From: Perkinsus chesapeaki ATCC PRA-425
Lineage: Eukaryota > Protista > Perkinsozoa
DNA: 55,795 nucleotides
NCBI GenBank assembly: GCA_013115145.1
Contig: JAAPAO010000190.1
Location: 1-55,795, forward strand
Direction of reading: 5' to 3'
The position numbers were made by a program, and so were the translations under genes. The notes beneath the pieces are model-generated. The model was not told the DNA's origin. It ran no database searches and saw only the letters and a list, made by a program, of their open reading frames with translations. Positions 21,953 through 34,449 of the stretch are shown here, in pieces (positions within the stretch are counted from its first letter, which is position 1; each line of letters opens with the position of its first letter).

Positions 21953-24225
21953 ATGAGTTCATCACCCAATCGGGTAGAGTTCCTAGCCATTTCACCACTA
22001 GCTCGCGATGAGTGGATTGAGGCATTGGCTAGAGCAGCAGCCGATCTCAAAGGCAAACGCTTTGGTAGATTCGTCAGCATACGGGCCTATCAACGAGTAG
22101 TCGATCGATCACTGAGCAGCATCAAGGATGTAAGCAGTGGTGATAAGAGGGAGGGTGAAGGTTCTAGGGTAAAGGCTCTGGACTTGGCTGATTTAATTGA
22201 AGCTAAAATGCTGCAGAAGGCTGTCTTTGCCGCGTGGGCTGGTTACCGGAAATTGGCGATTGGCGAGAAATATAGAGGATGCGAGAGGCTTGGGTACATT
22301 ATTAAGGCGGCTTTGGTGAGGAGGAAATGTTCTGTTATGAGGATGCTCTGTGCGCACGCTAAGGCAGCTGTGGTTGAGGAAGCGACTGTTGGTAACTGTA
22401 CGAGAGTGCTGGGTGATACTTTGATGAGATACGCTGGAAAGCTGTCGATGGCTAGGCAAGCCTTACTGAAGAGGTTTGCCTATATCGTCGCTCAAAGGAG
22501 CGTCGGTGTAGGGTTATATGGTATTATCGAGGGGAATGTTCGAGTGGAGCTAAGATACCAGGGCGCGCGAGCTCTGGCTAGAAGCCTGGACCACCTGGTG
22601 GGTTAAAACCGTAGTGTAGCAGGAGATAGAAGCCTCATTTAGGTGCATCGTCACTCTCCTATGCGTCAGTGTCTTCGACAAATGGTGTTAACGACAGTGA
22701 ACGAGCGGTGGCAGGAGGATTGGGGGCGTGGCGGTTGGACTGATGTAAAGTTAATCAGATGGCTTCGTATTGGGGATATTTTCATGTCTCAGATGATATC
22801 TAGGGAGAGTGTTATAGTGGAGTTGACTAAGGAGGAAGAAGAAGAAGGGCCTGGTACTACTGAAGCAGTAGAGGAGGAGGGAAGGCCTGGTACTACTGAA
22901 GCAGTAGAGGAGGAGGGAAGTNNNNNNNNNNNNNNNNNNNNNNNNNNNNNNNNNNNNNNNNNNNNNNNNNNNNNNNNNNNNNNNNNNNNNNNNNNNNNNN
23001 NNNNNNNNNNNNNNNNNNNTCAGTAGAGGAGGAGGGAAGGCCTGGTACTACTGAAGCAGTAGAGGAGGAGGGAAGGCCTGGTACTACTGAAGCTGTAGAG
23101 GAGGATGGAAGGCCTGGTACTACCGAACCGGCTGAGGGTGTTGTCTTTCCATATGGAGGAGATTATGAAGAGCTAGTCGGGAAACAGATAGGAGGAACGG
23201 ATGATAATTATATTGTCCAAAGGTCCGCTGAAGATGAATCGATACACGATGTAACGGATGATGGTACCATCATTGCTGTTGACGAAAGCATGGAAGCTGG
23301 GCTACGTGAGGCAGTAGCGGGCCTTACAACGGAAGTTATTATGGATGTTGACAAGCTAGTAGCGGAGACAGCTGATGAGGCCATACCGCTCCCTTCTCTA
23401 TCACCTCGGGATGCCATCACGGCACCCCGGCCAGGCCACATCATAACAGCAGAGGCTCCTGGAGAGTTGCGGTTAAAGTTCTTCTCGTGTCTAGCGGTCG
23501 ATGAGCCTCCTTCAAACGACAACGGCTGCTTTTTGAGAGAGGAGGATTTAAAGTCGGTTGGCGAGGGAGAGAATTGGATGTCGCCCGAGGAAGTATCGCG
23601 GCGGGTGGTATCGGCCTTGAACAGCGGAAAGGACGGGCAGCAGGTAGGCAGTCCTGGGACGGCAACTGTAATCGTAGAAGGTCATGCTGAACCTGGTGAT
23701 GAGCAGGAGAGCGCTGGGCAGTTGTCTTTGTCGTTAAGTGACGAAGGGGGGGATAAGTGTGGTAAAGTGGTGGCATGGGAAGGCTCTGAGGGGTTGAGTG
23801 ACTTATTGGAGGGGACAACCGAGCAGGAGGGCGATGGTATTGTAGAGGAGGAGACAAGAAGCTCTCCTGCACCATCCGTTGTGAATGAGGCTTCGGGTCC
23901 AGCTTCACCCGGGCTCACTGGAATCGGCATGGACAATTGGGCTACCTTTAATGAAGGTAATCAAGAAGGCTCCAGACGATCGTCATCTCCTAGTGACGAG
24001 AGCTCAGAGGCGAAAGGATACCGTGGCGGTGAAGTGGGGGAGGAGGTCACTTTCGAGAAGGCAGTTGAGGATAAGATGTTTCAGCGCCCAGCAGAGGTGC
24101 CCCCGTTATCTATGCGAAGAGTGTTTGTACAGAATGCCAGCCGAGCTACTCTTCCACCGCCAGCTCAGGACTGGGAAACAATAGAGTTCACAGACTCGTC
24201 ATCAGAGGAGGGAGGCCATTACTGA
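21953..24225 (+). CDS. Hypothetical multi-exon protein with PH-domain-like motif, coding tandem repeat and acidic C-terminus; spans a gap
   Basis: EFLAISPLARDEWIEALARAA resembles the C-terminal helix of PH domains; ORFs 21953-22606 and 23290-24225 plus the Glu-rich repeat. Upstream exons possible. Confidence 0.55.
22844..23127 (+). repeat. 36-bp coding tandem repeat (EGRPGTTEAVEE) interrupted by a 99-N gap (22922-23020)
   Basis: GGAAGGCCTGGTACTACTGAAGCAGTAGAGGAGGAG units on both sides of the gap; true copy number unknown. Confidence 0.92.
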
Positions 24226-24423
24226 GGGAGCTGTAGTTCAGAGCCTGTGGACGGTTGTGGAGAACACCGTGCTTACGAAGCCTTAGTCGAAATAGTCGGA
24301 TGCGCTTCCGGCAATGAGTGCATGACAAGACTATTTATGATGTCTGTTGTTGTTACCTATTTGGCATTGCGTTGTAAGTCTAGGAAAGGCGTAGCATTAG
24401 TGCAGAAGGGGTGTATCTATCTC

Positions 24424-27097
24424 ATGGTTACCCCTCGAACGTCGTTACTCCTCCTTCGAGGGCCCGCTCTGAAGGACTCCCGAGGAGCACGTGCCTTCAC
24501 CTCCGGGTTGAGTAGTGGTATGCTCGCCTATACCCCTCCCCCAGAAATCCCCGCTAAGGAGCCTGTTAAGCAACAGCCTGAGGGAGGCCTTCGTAACCTT
24601 ATGGGGTTTGGATCGAATCATGCTGGGCCCGCACAGTGAGTAGAAGGGTATAGCTGCTCTGTAGGGAAACGTTTCAGATCCACAAGCTTCGATCGGGTGA
24701 ACTCCTTCCATCGATTCGGCCTCGATAAGGAGCTCCTTATTGGCCTCCACAGCACCGGGGCTGTCACACCGACAAGGACGCAGGTAGCCCTTAACTCAGG
24801 TGCAGAGGGATTGCTTTGCGTTACTTAGGAAGTCTGTATACCGGCCATGATGGAAGGTCAATCCCTCCTGTTGGTGGCGCAGACTGGCTCTGGCAAGACC
24901 ATGGCCTATGTGCTTCCTCTTCTCCATCGCTTGTTGAGGTCGAATCCCGATAATTTATATCCGTTGGAGAACAAACCACGCGCTATCATTATGGTGCCTA
25001 CTCGAGAGCTTGCAATACAGGTAAAGAGCCTCCTAAACCGCCTGGGAGGATTTCACCGTTTATAGGTTATAAAGGTAGTTAGGCAACTGACCACTCAAGG
25101 TTGTCGCCAAATTACTAGTACTGGCTTGGCAGCGGGACTTAGTTACGTGAAAGAAGCACGAGCTCTTAATCAAGCCAGAGTGAACAAGTCTTCGGTGTAA
25201 GAGTCTTACTAGTTGTTTTTTTCAGGCGGATGTGGTGGTATGCACACCTGCGAGGTTGTTGTTGCATTTAATGAAGGGGAACGTCAAGCTTGGCGAAGTT
25301 ACCCATATTGTGGTAAGGTTGTGGTGTTACCTCCGCCGATGAGTGGAATTTTTCGTCTGACAGCGTGTCCGAGTGGTTAAGGAGGTGGACTAGAAATCCA
25401 CTGGGCTCTGCCCGCGCAGGTTCGAATCCTGCCGCTGTCGATTTTCATCCATTTCAAATGCGCGTTTTCTTGTCCAGATCGATGAAGCCGATACGTTGTG
25501 CGACACCTTCTATGAGAAGGAAGTTGCTGATGTTCTCTCAAAGACGTTCAAGGCCCGGGGAGCTGCTCGCTCGGCACCGCTGGTAACACCATATTGCCGC
25601 ACGAGTTTTCACTCGTACTCTGCAGGTGGCGTTCGTTGGCGCTACACGTACCGGCGCGGTGAGCAATTTCGTCAGAACATCCGTCCCTAGTCATATTGTC
25701 GTGAACCAAGTCGTAGCCCCTGATGCCCACATGACAGTGCCAGCCTTGGAACAAGTGACATTCCCTTCACTGCACTCTATCGATTGAAGTCTGCAGGTGT
25801 TTGTCCCAATGGGTGGCCGAAAAAGATCGAACGCGTTGGTTGACATACTAGAAGAGCGGCAAGTTCGAGGACAAAAAGTGATGATGCGTACGCTAGTGAT
25901 GTTATATGTCCTTTTGTTGCAGACGCTCATCTTCACCAACACTGTATCGCGATGTAGAGGGGTGGCAAGAATGCTCGAGACGGAAGGGTACAACGTCAGC
26001 TTGCTCCACGGAGAGATGGCATTTAAGAATCGAAGGAAGGAATTTGCCTCTTTCAAAGGCGCATCCAAAACGGGCGCTCCAGCCAAAGAGATCATGGTCA
26101 TCTTGACACGCTACATACCTTGCATTGTACTCAACAGGTGTGCACAAACCTTGCGAGCAGAGGCTTGGACTTCGACGATGTCGGGCATGTCGTTATGTAT
26201 GACTTTCCCTACACGCTCGCTGATTACATTCACCGAGTGGGCAGAACAGCGAGAGCAGGTTGGCTATCGAAGTAGGGTCGAAGAGGACGCGGCTGCTGTG
26301 CCAGGACGGGCGGGAAGGGTTACAACACTGTTCCGGAAAAAGGATCTCCCGGTTGTTCGGAAGATCCAGGAGGCCAGTCGAGCCTCGAGACCTCTAGACG
26401 TCCGCTTTGCCTCGAAGAGCATAAAGAAAATATTGAAGCTGGAAAAGCTGAAACAGGATTTGGAGGTGAGGAAGCTTATCATGGATCCAGATGGGCATCT
26501 GTGGTTCTCAGACAAAGAAAGTGAAACTGAAGAAGAAGAGTGCGTACGACTGGTATTTGGCGCGTCGAAAGAAGATGGGCCTGCCGCCGAGAGATAACCT
26601 CTGTGGGCCGGCTAAGCGGGCAGTTATACAGGAATGGCGGAAACGATATCGAATGGATAAGAAGGTTACACTGCCTGTACTCGGATTGGACCACTTGCCG
26701 TGTCCTTCAGTTGGTCGAGCTTGTTAGCAGAGGTCGTTTGAAGAAGGGAGAAGTCCTACCAACCATGCCCAACCAGAACGTCACTCGTAGCGACTCTCAG
26801 GTGAGAGATCAATCTGGACCAGTAAAGTTAGCACCTATTTGTTCAGGAGCAATCGGTTCTCAAGCGGGACTCTGACACTGGCGCAATGCTCAGGGTCAAT
26901 GTACGTCGCAGTGAAAGGCTACTGGCTAAAAAGGGCATTCTTAAAGAAAGAGACGACGACGATGGGCATGTTGAGATCAGGGATGTTCAACTTGGTAGGG
27001 CTTCGCCACTATAATGTACTTAGTTGCCGTATCAGGTGACAATATTATACTGCCGAAGAAGGAGCGAAGCAAGCGTGAAAATCGTATGGTGTTTTGA
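24424..27097 (+). CDS. DEAD-box RNA helicase, organellar type (DDX28/RH39-like), multi-exon
   Basis: Q motif [48 protein letters not shown], motif III as [36 protein letters not shown]-terminus [28 protein letters not shown] looks like a mitochondrial presequence. Subfamily is inferred. Confidence 0.9.
25359..25440 (+). tRNA. tRNA-Ser(AGA), intact, 82 nt, inside a helicase intron
   Basis: Acceptor GACAGCG/CGCTGTC; anticodon arm GTGGA-CTAGAAA-TCCAC; long variable arm; T arm GCAGG-TTCGAAT-CCTGC; TTTT just downstream. Confidence 0.97.
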
Positions 27098-27369
27098 TCA
27101 TCCTCTGCATGCTTTCAATGTTTCTGCTAATCGTTTCTATAATCATTATTTGTCGCGTTGATTGTGGATGATGACTGGAACACGAGCAATAATTAGAATT
27201 GAAACTACTCGATAGAAGTAGCGAGACGCACGTCACACAATGCTTGAATGAGTAGACGTCGTTGTCGTCACCGTCGTATTGACGGCGGCGGCGGCGGCAT
27301 CCTCAATCACATTATCCAACTTTCATTGCAATTCTATCAGCTGTTAACCACCATCAGGATTTGATAAAT

Positions 27370-29163
27370 CTAGGCTTCTGGGGACATGCCGAAGAGGTCA
27401 TGAAGACTCTCCTTCTGATGAATACGACGAATGGCATCCGCAATAAGGACAGCAATGGAGAGTTGGGTTAACTGACAACATCAGCATCATCATCATAACC
27501 AACTGCATAGCGGCAATGCTACCTTAGGGCATTCTTTGCCATCTTCAGGGTTATGTTGAATGCTATCTGTAACAATGACCTCTTCCAAAGGTGATGCCTG
27601 TATACGTGCCTAACAGTAATAAGGGTTATTCTGCTAATAACAGGAGGCTGCCAATTCCCACCTTGGCTGGGCCGCTGAGAAGGCCGTGTGTGGCGAATGC
27701 GAAGACACGCAATGCGCCGTGCTTCTTGAGCTCCCTGGCGGCTTCACAGAGAGTGCCGGCGGTATCGATCATATCGTCAACAATAATGCAATCGCTGCCA
27801 GCTACTTGGCCAACCAGATCCATGCGAGCAACCTTCGAATAGTAGGATGCTGCGAATACAGACGGGGCAGTTTGCTTACCTGATTGGGACGATCTCGCTG
27901 CTTGATGAGCATGGCTATGGCAACATCCTCGACACCATGGTTAATAAGACCCTCTTGGAACTTACGAGCGCGATATACACCACCTAACAGAAAGGAGAAT
28001 CCTATACGGAAGGCCCACATTTCACCGTACCGGCATCGGGGGAGACGACTACGGGCTTGACGAGAGGCTTGGTGAGGAAGTACTCCAGACCGATGACTTG
28101 TGCCTCGAGGTTGTCAACAGGCACGCGGGGACCGAAGAATCCCTGATTAATGTACACAGGGTCTTTATAGGAAGTGGCTCACCTGAATCTGACCACAATG
28201 TAAATCAACAGCAACGACTCTGTCCACACCCATGGTTTCAAGAAGCCTAAGGTGCAGTACAAATACGATTCGATGAAAGTGTGGTATGGCTTTACCTGGC
28301 GACATCAGCGGCTGAGATGGGCACACGACTGCTCATTTTGCGGTCTTGTCTAGCATAACCGTAGTAAGGCACGACAGCGGTGATTCTCTTGGCTGAGGCC
28401 TGATCACGATCAGCATTAACAGCGATGGTGATGAGCGAGGAAGCGTTACTCTCCGACAGGTTGAGATCATCAAGAGGAGCTCCATAAGATTCTCATTAAC
28501 CGGCGGAGAGGTCGGCTGGACGATATAAACATCCTTTCCTCTGATACTCTCCTGGATCCTTAGGCTGACCTCACCATCGGCAAAGCGACCAAGTGCAACC
28601 TTTCCGAGGTGAGTACCAAGATGCTCACAAATGCTCTCGGCGAGCTTCCTGTTAGCACTACCTACAAGGATCGCCCATACCCTCCCGAGGACATCCCAAC
28701 TAGTACCAGCGAAAACTGTGATCTCTTCGTGATGGGGCTCACCGTCATGAGGCTTCTGTACTGGCTTGTTCTCCTTACTGCGATACCTGATCATACCGCT
28801 CCTTCCACATCGATGCTAACATTGGATGTACATGGGGTCCTCCTTGGATACAGTGGTTTCACATTGCGCTACATGACTTCCGAAGGTGTAATTCAAAGCC
28901 AGGCCACCAGCAAAGAGAGCAGCACTGCCAGCAGCTATCATCTGATCATCACCACATCACACAGTGATGACATCCCAGCCATCTCATTTTACAGCAAGTC
29001 TGTTCCTATTGTCCTCAGCAGCCTGTCTCCACCCAAATCGAGATGCTATCGAAGCTGTAGGGGAAGCAGCTCTGGTCGAGAAAGCTCTAGCTGCTGCTGG
29101 CGCCGCGGCCACTAATGGCGAGGCAACCGCTGCCAGTCTGAGTCCGCTTTGACAGGCTAACAT
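27370..29163 (-). CDS. PRPS: Ribose-phosphate pyrophosphokinase (PRPP synthetase) with N-terminal targeting extension, multi-exon
   Basis: Spliced motifs [100 protein letters not shown]; stop TAG at 27370-27372. Confidence 0.96.
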
Positions 29164-29685
29164 TTGTGTTATTGAAGTTCCACCGGAAGTTGATTAAACA
29201 ACAGTATAACACTCCTAAAGGAATGGGTTCTTATTTCGTGTATCCAATAGTAGTGGCGCCTACTACCACAATTCTGCTAATCTCAATTATATTCGACGAA
29301 GTCGCGCTCGCCATTCAAATCGATTACTCTTTTTCTGAGCATCATCTTCCAGCTAAAGGCCGCAGGGGACGATATATAGAACGAGCATTTCATACCACAA
29401 AATTGGTCTCACCGTAGATGTCCAAATGTTGAATGCTCCAAATAATGCGTTATAAATGACATTATGATAGCCGTTATACAGTATTATATGGCAGCTATTA
29501 ACGGAGTGTGATAACTAATAATAACGCTTATAAAGGCTGATAAGCAAGGGCAAGTCATTTTCGTTACTTATCTTTATTAAGCTGACATCATATCTCTATG
29601 ATGAGCCCTATGAAAGGTGCTTCTAAACCCCACAAGTGAATGTGGAGACTATATACGTTTATTAATTAGGACACGTTGTTATATT

Positions 29686-30447
29686 ATGTCTTATTACCAC
29701 GAGCCTGGTAGTCCCTACCCAGAGCAGGAGCTCCTCGACTCTATAGGCCACCATGAAGGGCACGAACAACATTCCAACCCGATCCACAAGGATCTAGAAG
29801 AGGACGCGTTCGACATGCTCCGTCGTATCCTATTTCCTGAATCGCACGAGGAACATCCAGGCGAGCACGCTACTGAGCACCTCGGTGAGCTGCTTAAGCT
29901 TCTGGAGGAACTTGGTCACAGTGAGGAGTTCTTGGATGTCCTCAAGGAAGTCGAATTTTACCATCCGGGGTTCCTGGAAAAGTTGCGACATGGTCACGCG
30001 CACGAATATGTGGAGGGTCTCTTCAGACGGCACACAGAAGAATCATTCGATCCAAAAGAATGGGAATTTGATCATAGTCATCCCTATGGCCATCAGCGCG
30101 GAGGAGGCCGTAACGATCAGCTTAGAGACGGTGTCGTTGATCAGTTCCACGAGAAATACCAAAGCGAAAATTACCGCGGCAGTGATCCGTTTCGTGATGA
30201 ACATAATTGGGAAGGCCATCACGATCCCTACCATGACGAACATACCCGACAAGATTACTCGCGGAAAGTACCGGAGCCAAAGTCCACATCAAGACAATCA
30301 CATACAGATGATGAACGCGGTAAAAGAGGTCCGAGCGGACAAGGAGAGCCGGTGAAAGAAGACAGCTGGGGTGGGAAGAATTGGGAACATGAAAGAATGA
30401 ACGAGCATCCTTGGAGCGATCCACATGGTGAGAGCTTTGTTGGGTAA
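29686..30447 (+). CDS. Intronless histidine/glutamate-rich hypothetical protein (253 aa)
   Basis: ATG at 29686 after an AT-rich intergenic stretch; 29 His by manual count, no Cys. Confidence 0.75.
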   Translation: MSYYHEPGSPYPEQELLDSIGHHEGHEQHSNPIHKDLEEDAFDMLRRILFPESHEEHPGEHATEHLGELLKLLEELGHSEEFLDVLKEVEFYHPGFLEKLRHGHAHEYVEGLFRRHTEESFDPKEWEFDHSHPYGHQRGGGRNDQLRDGVVDQFHEKYQSENYRGSDPFRDEHNWEGHHDPYHDEHTRQDYSRKVPEPKSTSRQSHTDDERGKRGPSGQGEPVKEDSWGGKNWEHERMNEHPWSDPHGESFVG

Positions 30448-30490
30448 CTCCTCTCGTCGCTGTAAACGTTAGCTGAACAACGGCTGTTAT

Positions 30491-31076
30491 ATGCCTGCCT
30501 CGGTCGATCATGATGCATTGTGGGTTCAATTGAGCTCGATAAAACCTCCCTCAGATCATCAACAGCCATGGATGGCAGCAAGAGCCGGACAGGAGCACGT
30601 GAGGAATGTCCCCGAGGCCTCTCGATCTGTTGGAGTGGTTGAAGATGAGGACGATGATCAAGAGCAAGGCCGCCCTTCTAGCCAGTACAATGATAGACCT
30701 CGCTCTACATGGGTATTACAGCACAGCAAGTTGGCGAACGATGGTGCTCTTGTCATTTTCAGAATGCGGCTTTGCCTCCGGCGCCCCCTACCGCAGTGCG
30801 TGCTCGGCAGGCTTCGGCGGGCGACATTATCTATCCTGGGAACCCTGTCATCATCGAGAACGGAGCAACACTGAAGCAGTCTACCGTTATTATTTTCATA
30901 GGAATTGTACGCTGCCGCAACACTGCACTACAAGCTTCATTATTTCCACTTTTCAGGTATTTGCCATCATAGCCTTAGTGCGAAAAGTAAGCTCTTGCGT
31001 GGGTAAAAAGCACTTGAGTTTTGAGCGTTTCAGTGCCGCGCTGCCGTTACTGCTGAGGAGAAGAGTTCTCCGTTGA
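30491..31076 (+). CDS. Possible hypothetical protein (overlapping ORFs, structure unresolved)
   Basis: ORFs of 127 and 156 aa with normal complexity; no family recognised. Confidence 0.25.
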
Positions 31077-31755
31077 GCAGAGTATAAGGATAAAATACCT
31101 TTGTTGCATGCCCACCATCCGTGTCCCCATTGTTGTACTTGTTTATGTCATTCTGTTATCACAAAGTTGTGATCAGTTATGAGTCAATGCTTTTGGATAC
31201 AACCATGTTCCTCCTTATATCAATGTAGTGTACCGATCTTGCAGTGCTTCTTCGGAGCAAATATCGATTACACTCGCAATGGGAGTCGGGATCATTTCAG
31301 CTGTTAACACAGAGTCAACCGTTCCAGATTTGACGAATCATTGAACTTCATGAGTTAGCGCTTTTGACCACCTCTAGTCGTCCCGCTCCAACAGATCGCT
31401 TCGGCTCTCAGAACTGATGATGCATAAGCTCTACTCCAAGTAGTTTCAGCTACGGTATGTCGCATGTGATAAGAGCCCACAAAGAATATATGGTCAAGGC
31501 TATCTGCCGTAATCTGGCAACCATCTTTCCCCCACCATTACGATAGCAATACTAGAACAAAACATATTGCTTGAGGGATCATAGTTTAAATGATGATGTG
31601 GAACCTCGTGATCGTGTGACAAGGTGAAATAGCTCTTACGATGCACCATTCGGAAATCATAGCGAACTACGACCTTCTTTGGCTAAGTGGTGCCAGAAAT
31701 AAACGGCTCTGCCTGGCGAGGCAATTAACACGTCTGTGCTCAGCTCTAGGGCTTC

Positions 31756-32178
31756 TTACACGTTGAATGGCAGCAGAGCCGCCTGATGAGAATAGTATAT
31801 GTCCTCGCCATTACTAAAAACTATAGCTAGTGCTGAACCCTCCGTAGCACAGTCCAGTTTGACAATCGTCTTATCATTAAAATATTTCGGGAACTCGGTC
31901 TTCAGCGCTTCAATATCCTTCTTGTTCAGGCTCGGGAAGATTGCATCGCCAGTAGCACTCATAGTGTAAGTAGCTCTTATATCCGGGCCCGGGGTGATGA
32001 AGAGGATCCTGGAGCCACTTAGGATGCTAATCTCCTTTATTGGGATGTGAGGATGTTTTCCAACGATATCATATTTCCCAATAGGCAATGGGCCAGATAG
32101 AATATTGGGGAGCATATCAGGTGGTGTCATCTCTGCTACTGCCATTAAGACACAAGACAGCACGGTGAGTGGGATCAT
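31756..32178 (-). CDS. Small secreted hypothetical protein, paralog A
   Basis: MIPLTVLSCVLMAVA signal peptide; intronless; aligns with the ORF at 34450-34854. Confidence 0.8.
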   Translation of the reverse strand: MIPLTVLSCVLMAVAEMTPPDMLPNILSGPLPIGKYDIVGKHPHIPIKEISILSGSRILFITPGPDIRATYTMSATGDAIFPSLNKKDIEALKTEFPKYFNDKTIVKLDCATEGSALAIVFSNGEDIYYSHQAALLPFNV

Positions 32179-33449
32179 GATGCTGTGAAAAGATGGACTT
32201 CTGATACTGAATATCGAAATCAACAAACCCGACGATTCCTCAGTCACGAGTACGTCTGTTATTCAACTCAACTCAGAGCTGACACATTGTCTTAGTCATA
32301 CAGGGAGATACTGCACTATCTGTGGAACTCGCTGAGTGAATGATGCAAGTTGTTGAATTGGGGAGAATGCCTCGCCTGATGAGATCAAGTTGATATGTCA
32401 CGAACAACTTCTTTCTGGCTACGACCACTTCTTCTGATATTCAACTGACAACTTCCTTCTAGCAGCTAGTTCGCCGACGAATAGTCGAACTTTTATTGCC
32501 TATCAGGATGATCCTCGATTCTAATATGAATTATCTCGGATAGGTATTGTGCCGGCGCACAATGCGCGCCATAAATATTTTACGACGGCGCCGAGAGGCG
32601 CCCTCCAATATATATTATTTGTAGATTCTCAGATATCTGGATTGGTGCGATATTGTAGCGATGGAGTGAGGAAAATACTATTACTTGACTCTCTGAGGCG
32701 GACTTTCTTTTTTTCTGGTGAAAGCCCTTGTAGATTGAGCCCTTCTGTTACATTATTTGTTGATGTCATAAGTGATATGAGCATGCGGGGGAGTTGGTCC
32801 GCATGCAGGCGATAGGCGGCATGATCGCTTATCAATTAGGAAAGCTTCAGACCAACTGAGTTATATCTTTAAGTTGTCCCCACTCGGGTATAAGTGTCGA
32901 GTTGACGAACAGGAGTTCCAACTGAGGAACATCCCTTCCTATCAGGATATGTGCGTGCGTGCCAATCAATAATATCGATCGGGCGCAGAACGGCAGATGT
33001 CGATCAAATGACTACTCCATTGCATGCCTCTCCTCCAATATAGATTTTTGTCTCTTGTGGGCTGAAATCTCCGCTTAAGCGTCATCATGGGCATGGAATA
33101 GTTACATGTCTCGACTGCGGGCAGTAGCCTCGTGGCCAGACACACCAGCTTCGGTCACCCAAAGTTTGGTGACCTTTACACTTGTCTGCCGTACAATAAT
33201 GACAGTATACCATGGGAACCAGCCACGTGGTTTTGCTGATACAACAGAACACGGGCACCAATGCGGGTTATTGCTCCGGAGCTCCCATCGGAGTTCTACT
33301 TGATGCAACACTGTATCATGAATTCCGCGTCTTCCTATTTCAGGTGTCCGAAAGGTTAGACGGCTTAGAAGCCTGTCTTATTCCCTCACGAGTATAGAAA
33401 GAATGAGGAAAGTATGCAGATTTGTCTTATGATTGATCTGGTATGAGAC

Positions 33450-33659
33450 TACCATTATTTCTGATTATTTATGAGAGTACTATTATCTCTGATTGTCTAT
33501 GAGAGTACCATTATTTCTGATTATCTATTATAGTACCATTATTTCTGATTGTCTATGAGGATACCATTATTTCTGATTATCTATTATAGTACCATTATTT
33601 CTGATTATTTATGAGAGTACTATTATCTCTGATTATCTATGAGGATACCATTATTTCTG
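33450..33659. repeat. 28-bp AT-rich minisatellite (TACCATTATTTCTGATTATCTATGAGAG), about 7.5 copies
   Basis: Units every 28 nt from 33450 to 33646 with variant blocks. Confidence 0.95.
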
Positions 33660-34449
33660 TATCATTACTTTTCTCTCGTATTTCCTGTACTGCGACTACT
33701 ATACAGTCAATATTTCCTTTTTGGGCTTGTAATATGCCTAATGGTACACCAAGTCTCTCGTTATTCTAAACTAGTGTACACACTGAAGATGAGAGTTCTT
33801 TAATTAGCAGACTTCCATAGTGTCACTGTTCTTGCATACACGCTATTTATGGCATGCTGTTCTGGGCTTGCTATACTTGTTCATTCACTCTATCGTTACG
33901 ATGTCGTCATCACTTATTAGTCATTGCTTTCGGCTACGGCATACTCCTCCTTATACTACTCTAGTTGATTCCGAGATGGGCCCAGAACCCCTACAGGGGA
34001 GATCTTCTGCAAGTGAGTGGTGTAGGCTACTGAGCCTCTGATGGCGCTCCCCCAAGAGGATGGACGTATCGCAGTTGGGACGTGCGGCGTCGAACTTATA
34101 TGTTTGAAGCGCCAGCTTCGTACCATCTTGACTGTTCCGAGCTTCCTCCCTTTTATGGAAGATTCTGCGGATTGACACTGGGTATACTCAAGAAAAAAGA
34201 CCTCTATGCGCATCCGAGGGACACAGTTTCTGATAGTAGTGGCATAGCAAACCTCGGGAAAGCGTGACTACATAAATGAGACCTGAATCAAGAAATAAAA
34301 TGACGACTTGCCGTCCACCATTCCGAAGTCATTAAGACTTCCAATGTTGGAGTGGGATTCAGAAAGCAAGTTCTGCATACCAATAAATAAGCAAGACGCC
34401 GTGTGTCTTGCACACCATGTTTCCTGAACCTCCAGGGCCAGGTCAAAAC

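Noticed and set aside
25365-25586. 73-aa ORF MSEWLRRW...
   Set aside because: Translation of tRNA-Ser and the adjacent helicase exon in another frame.
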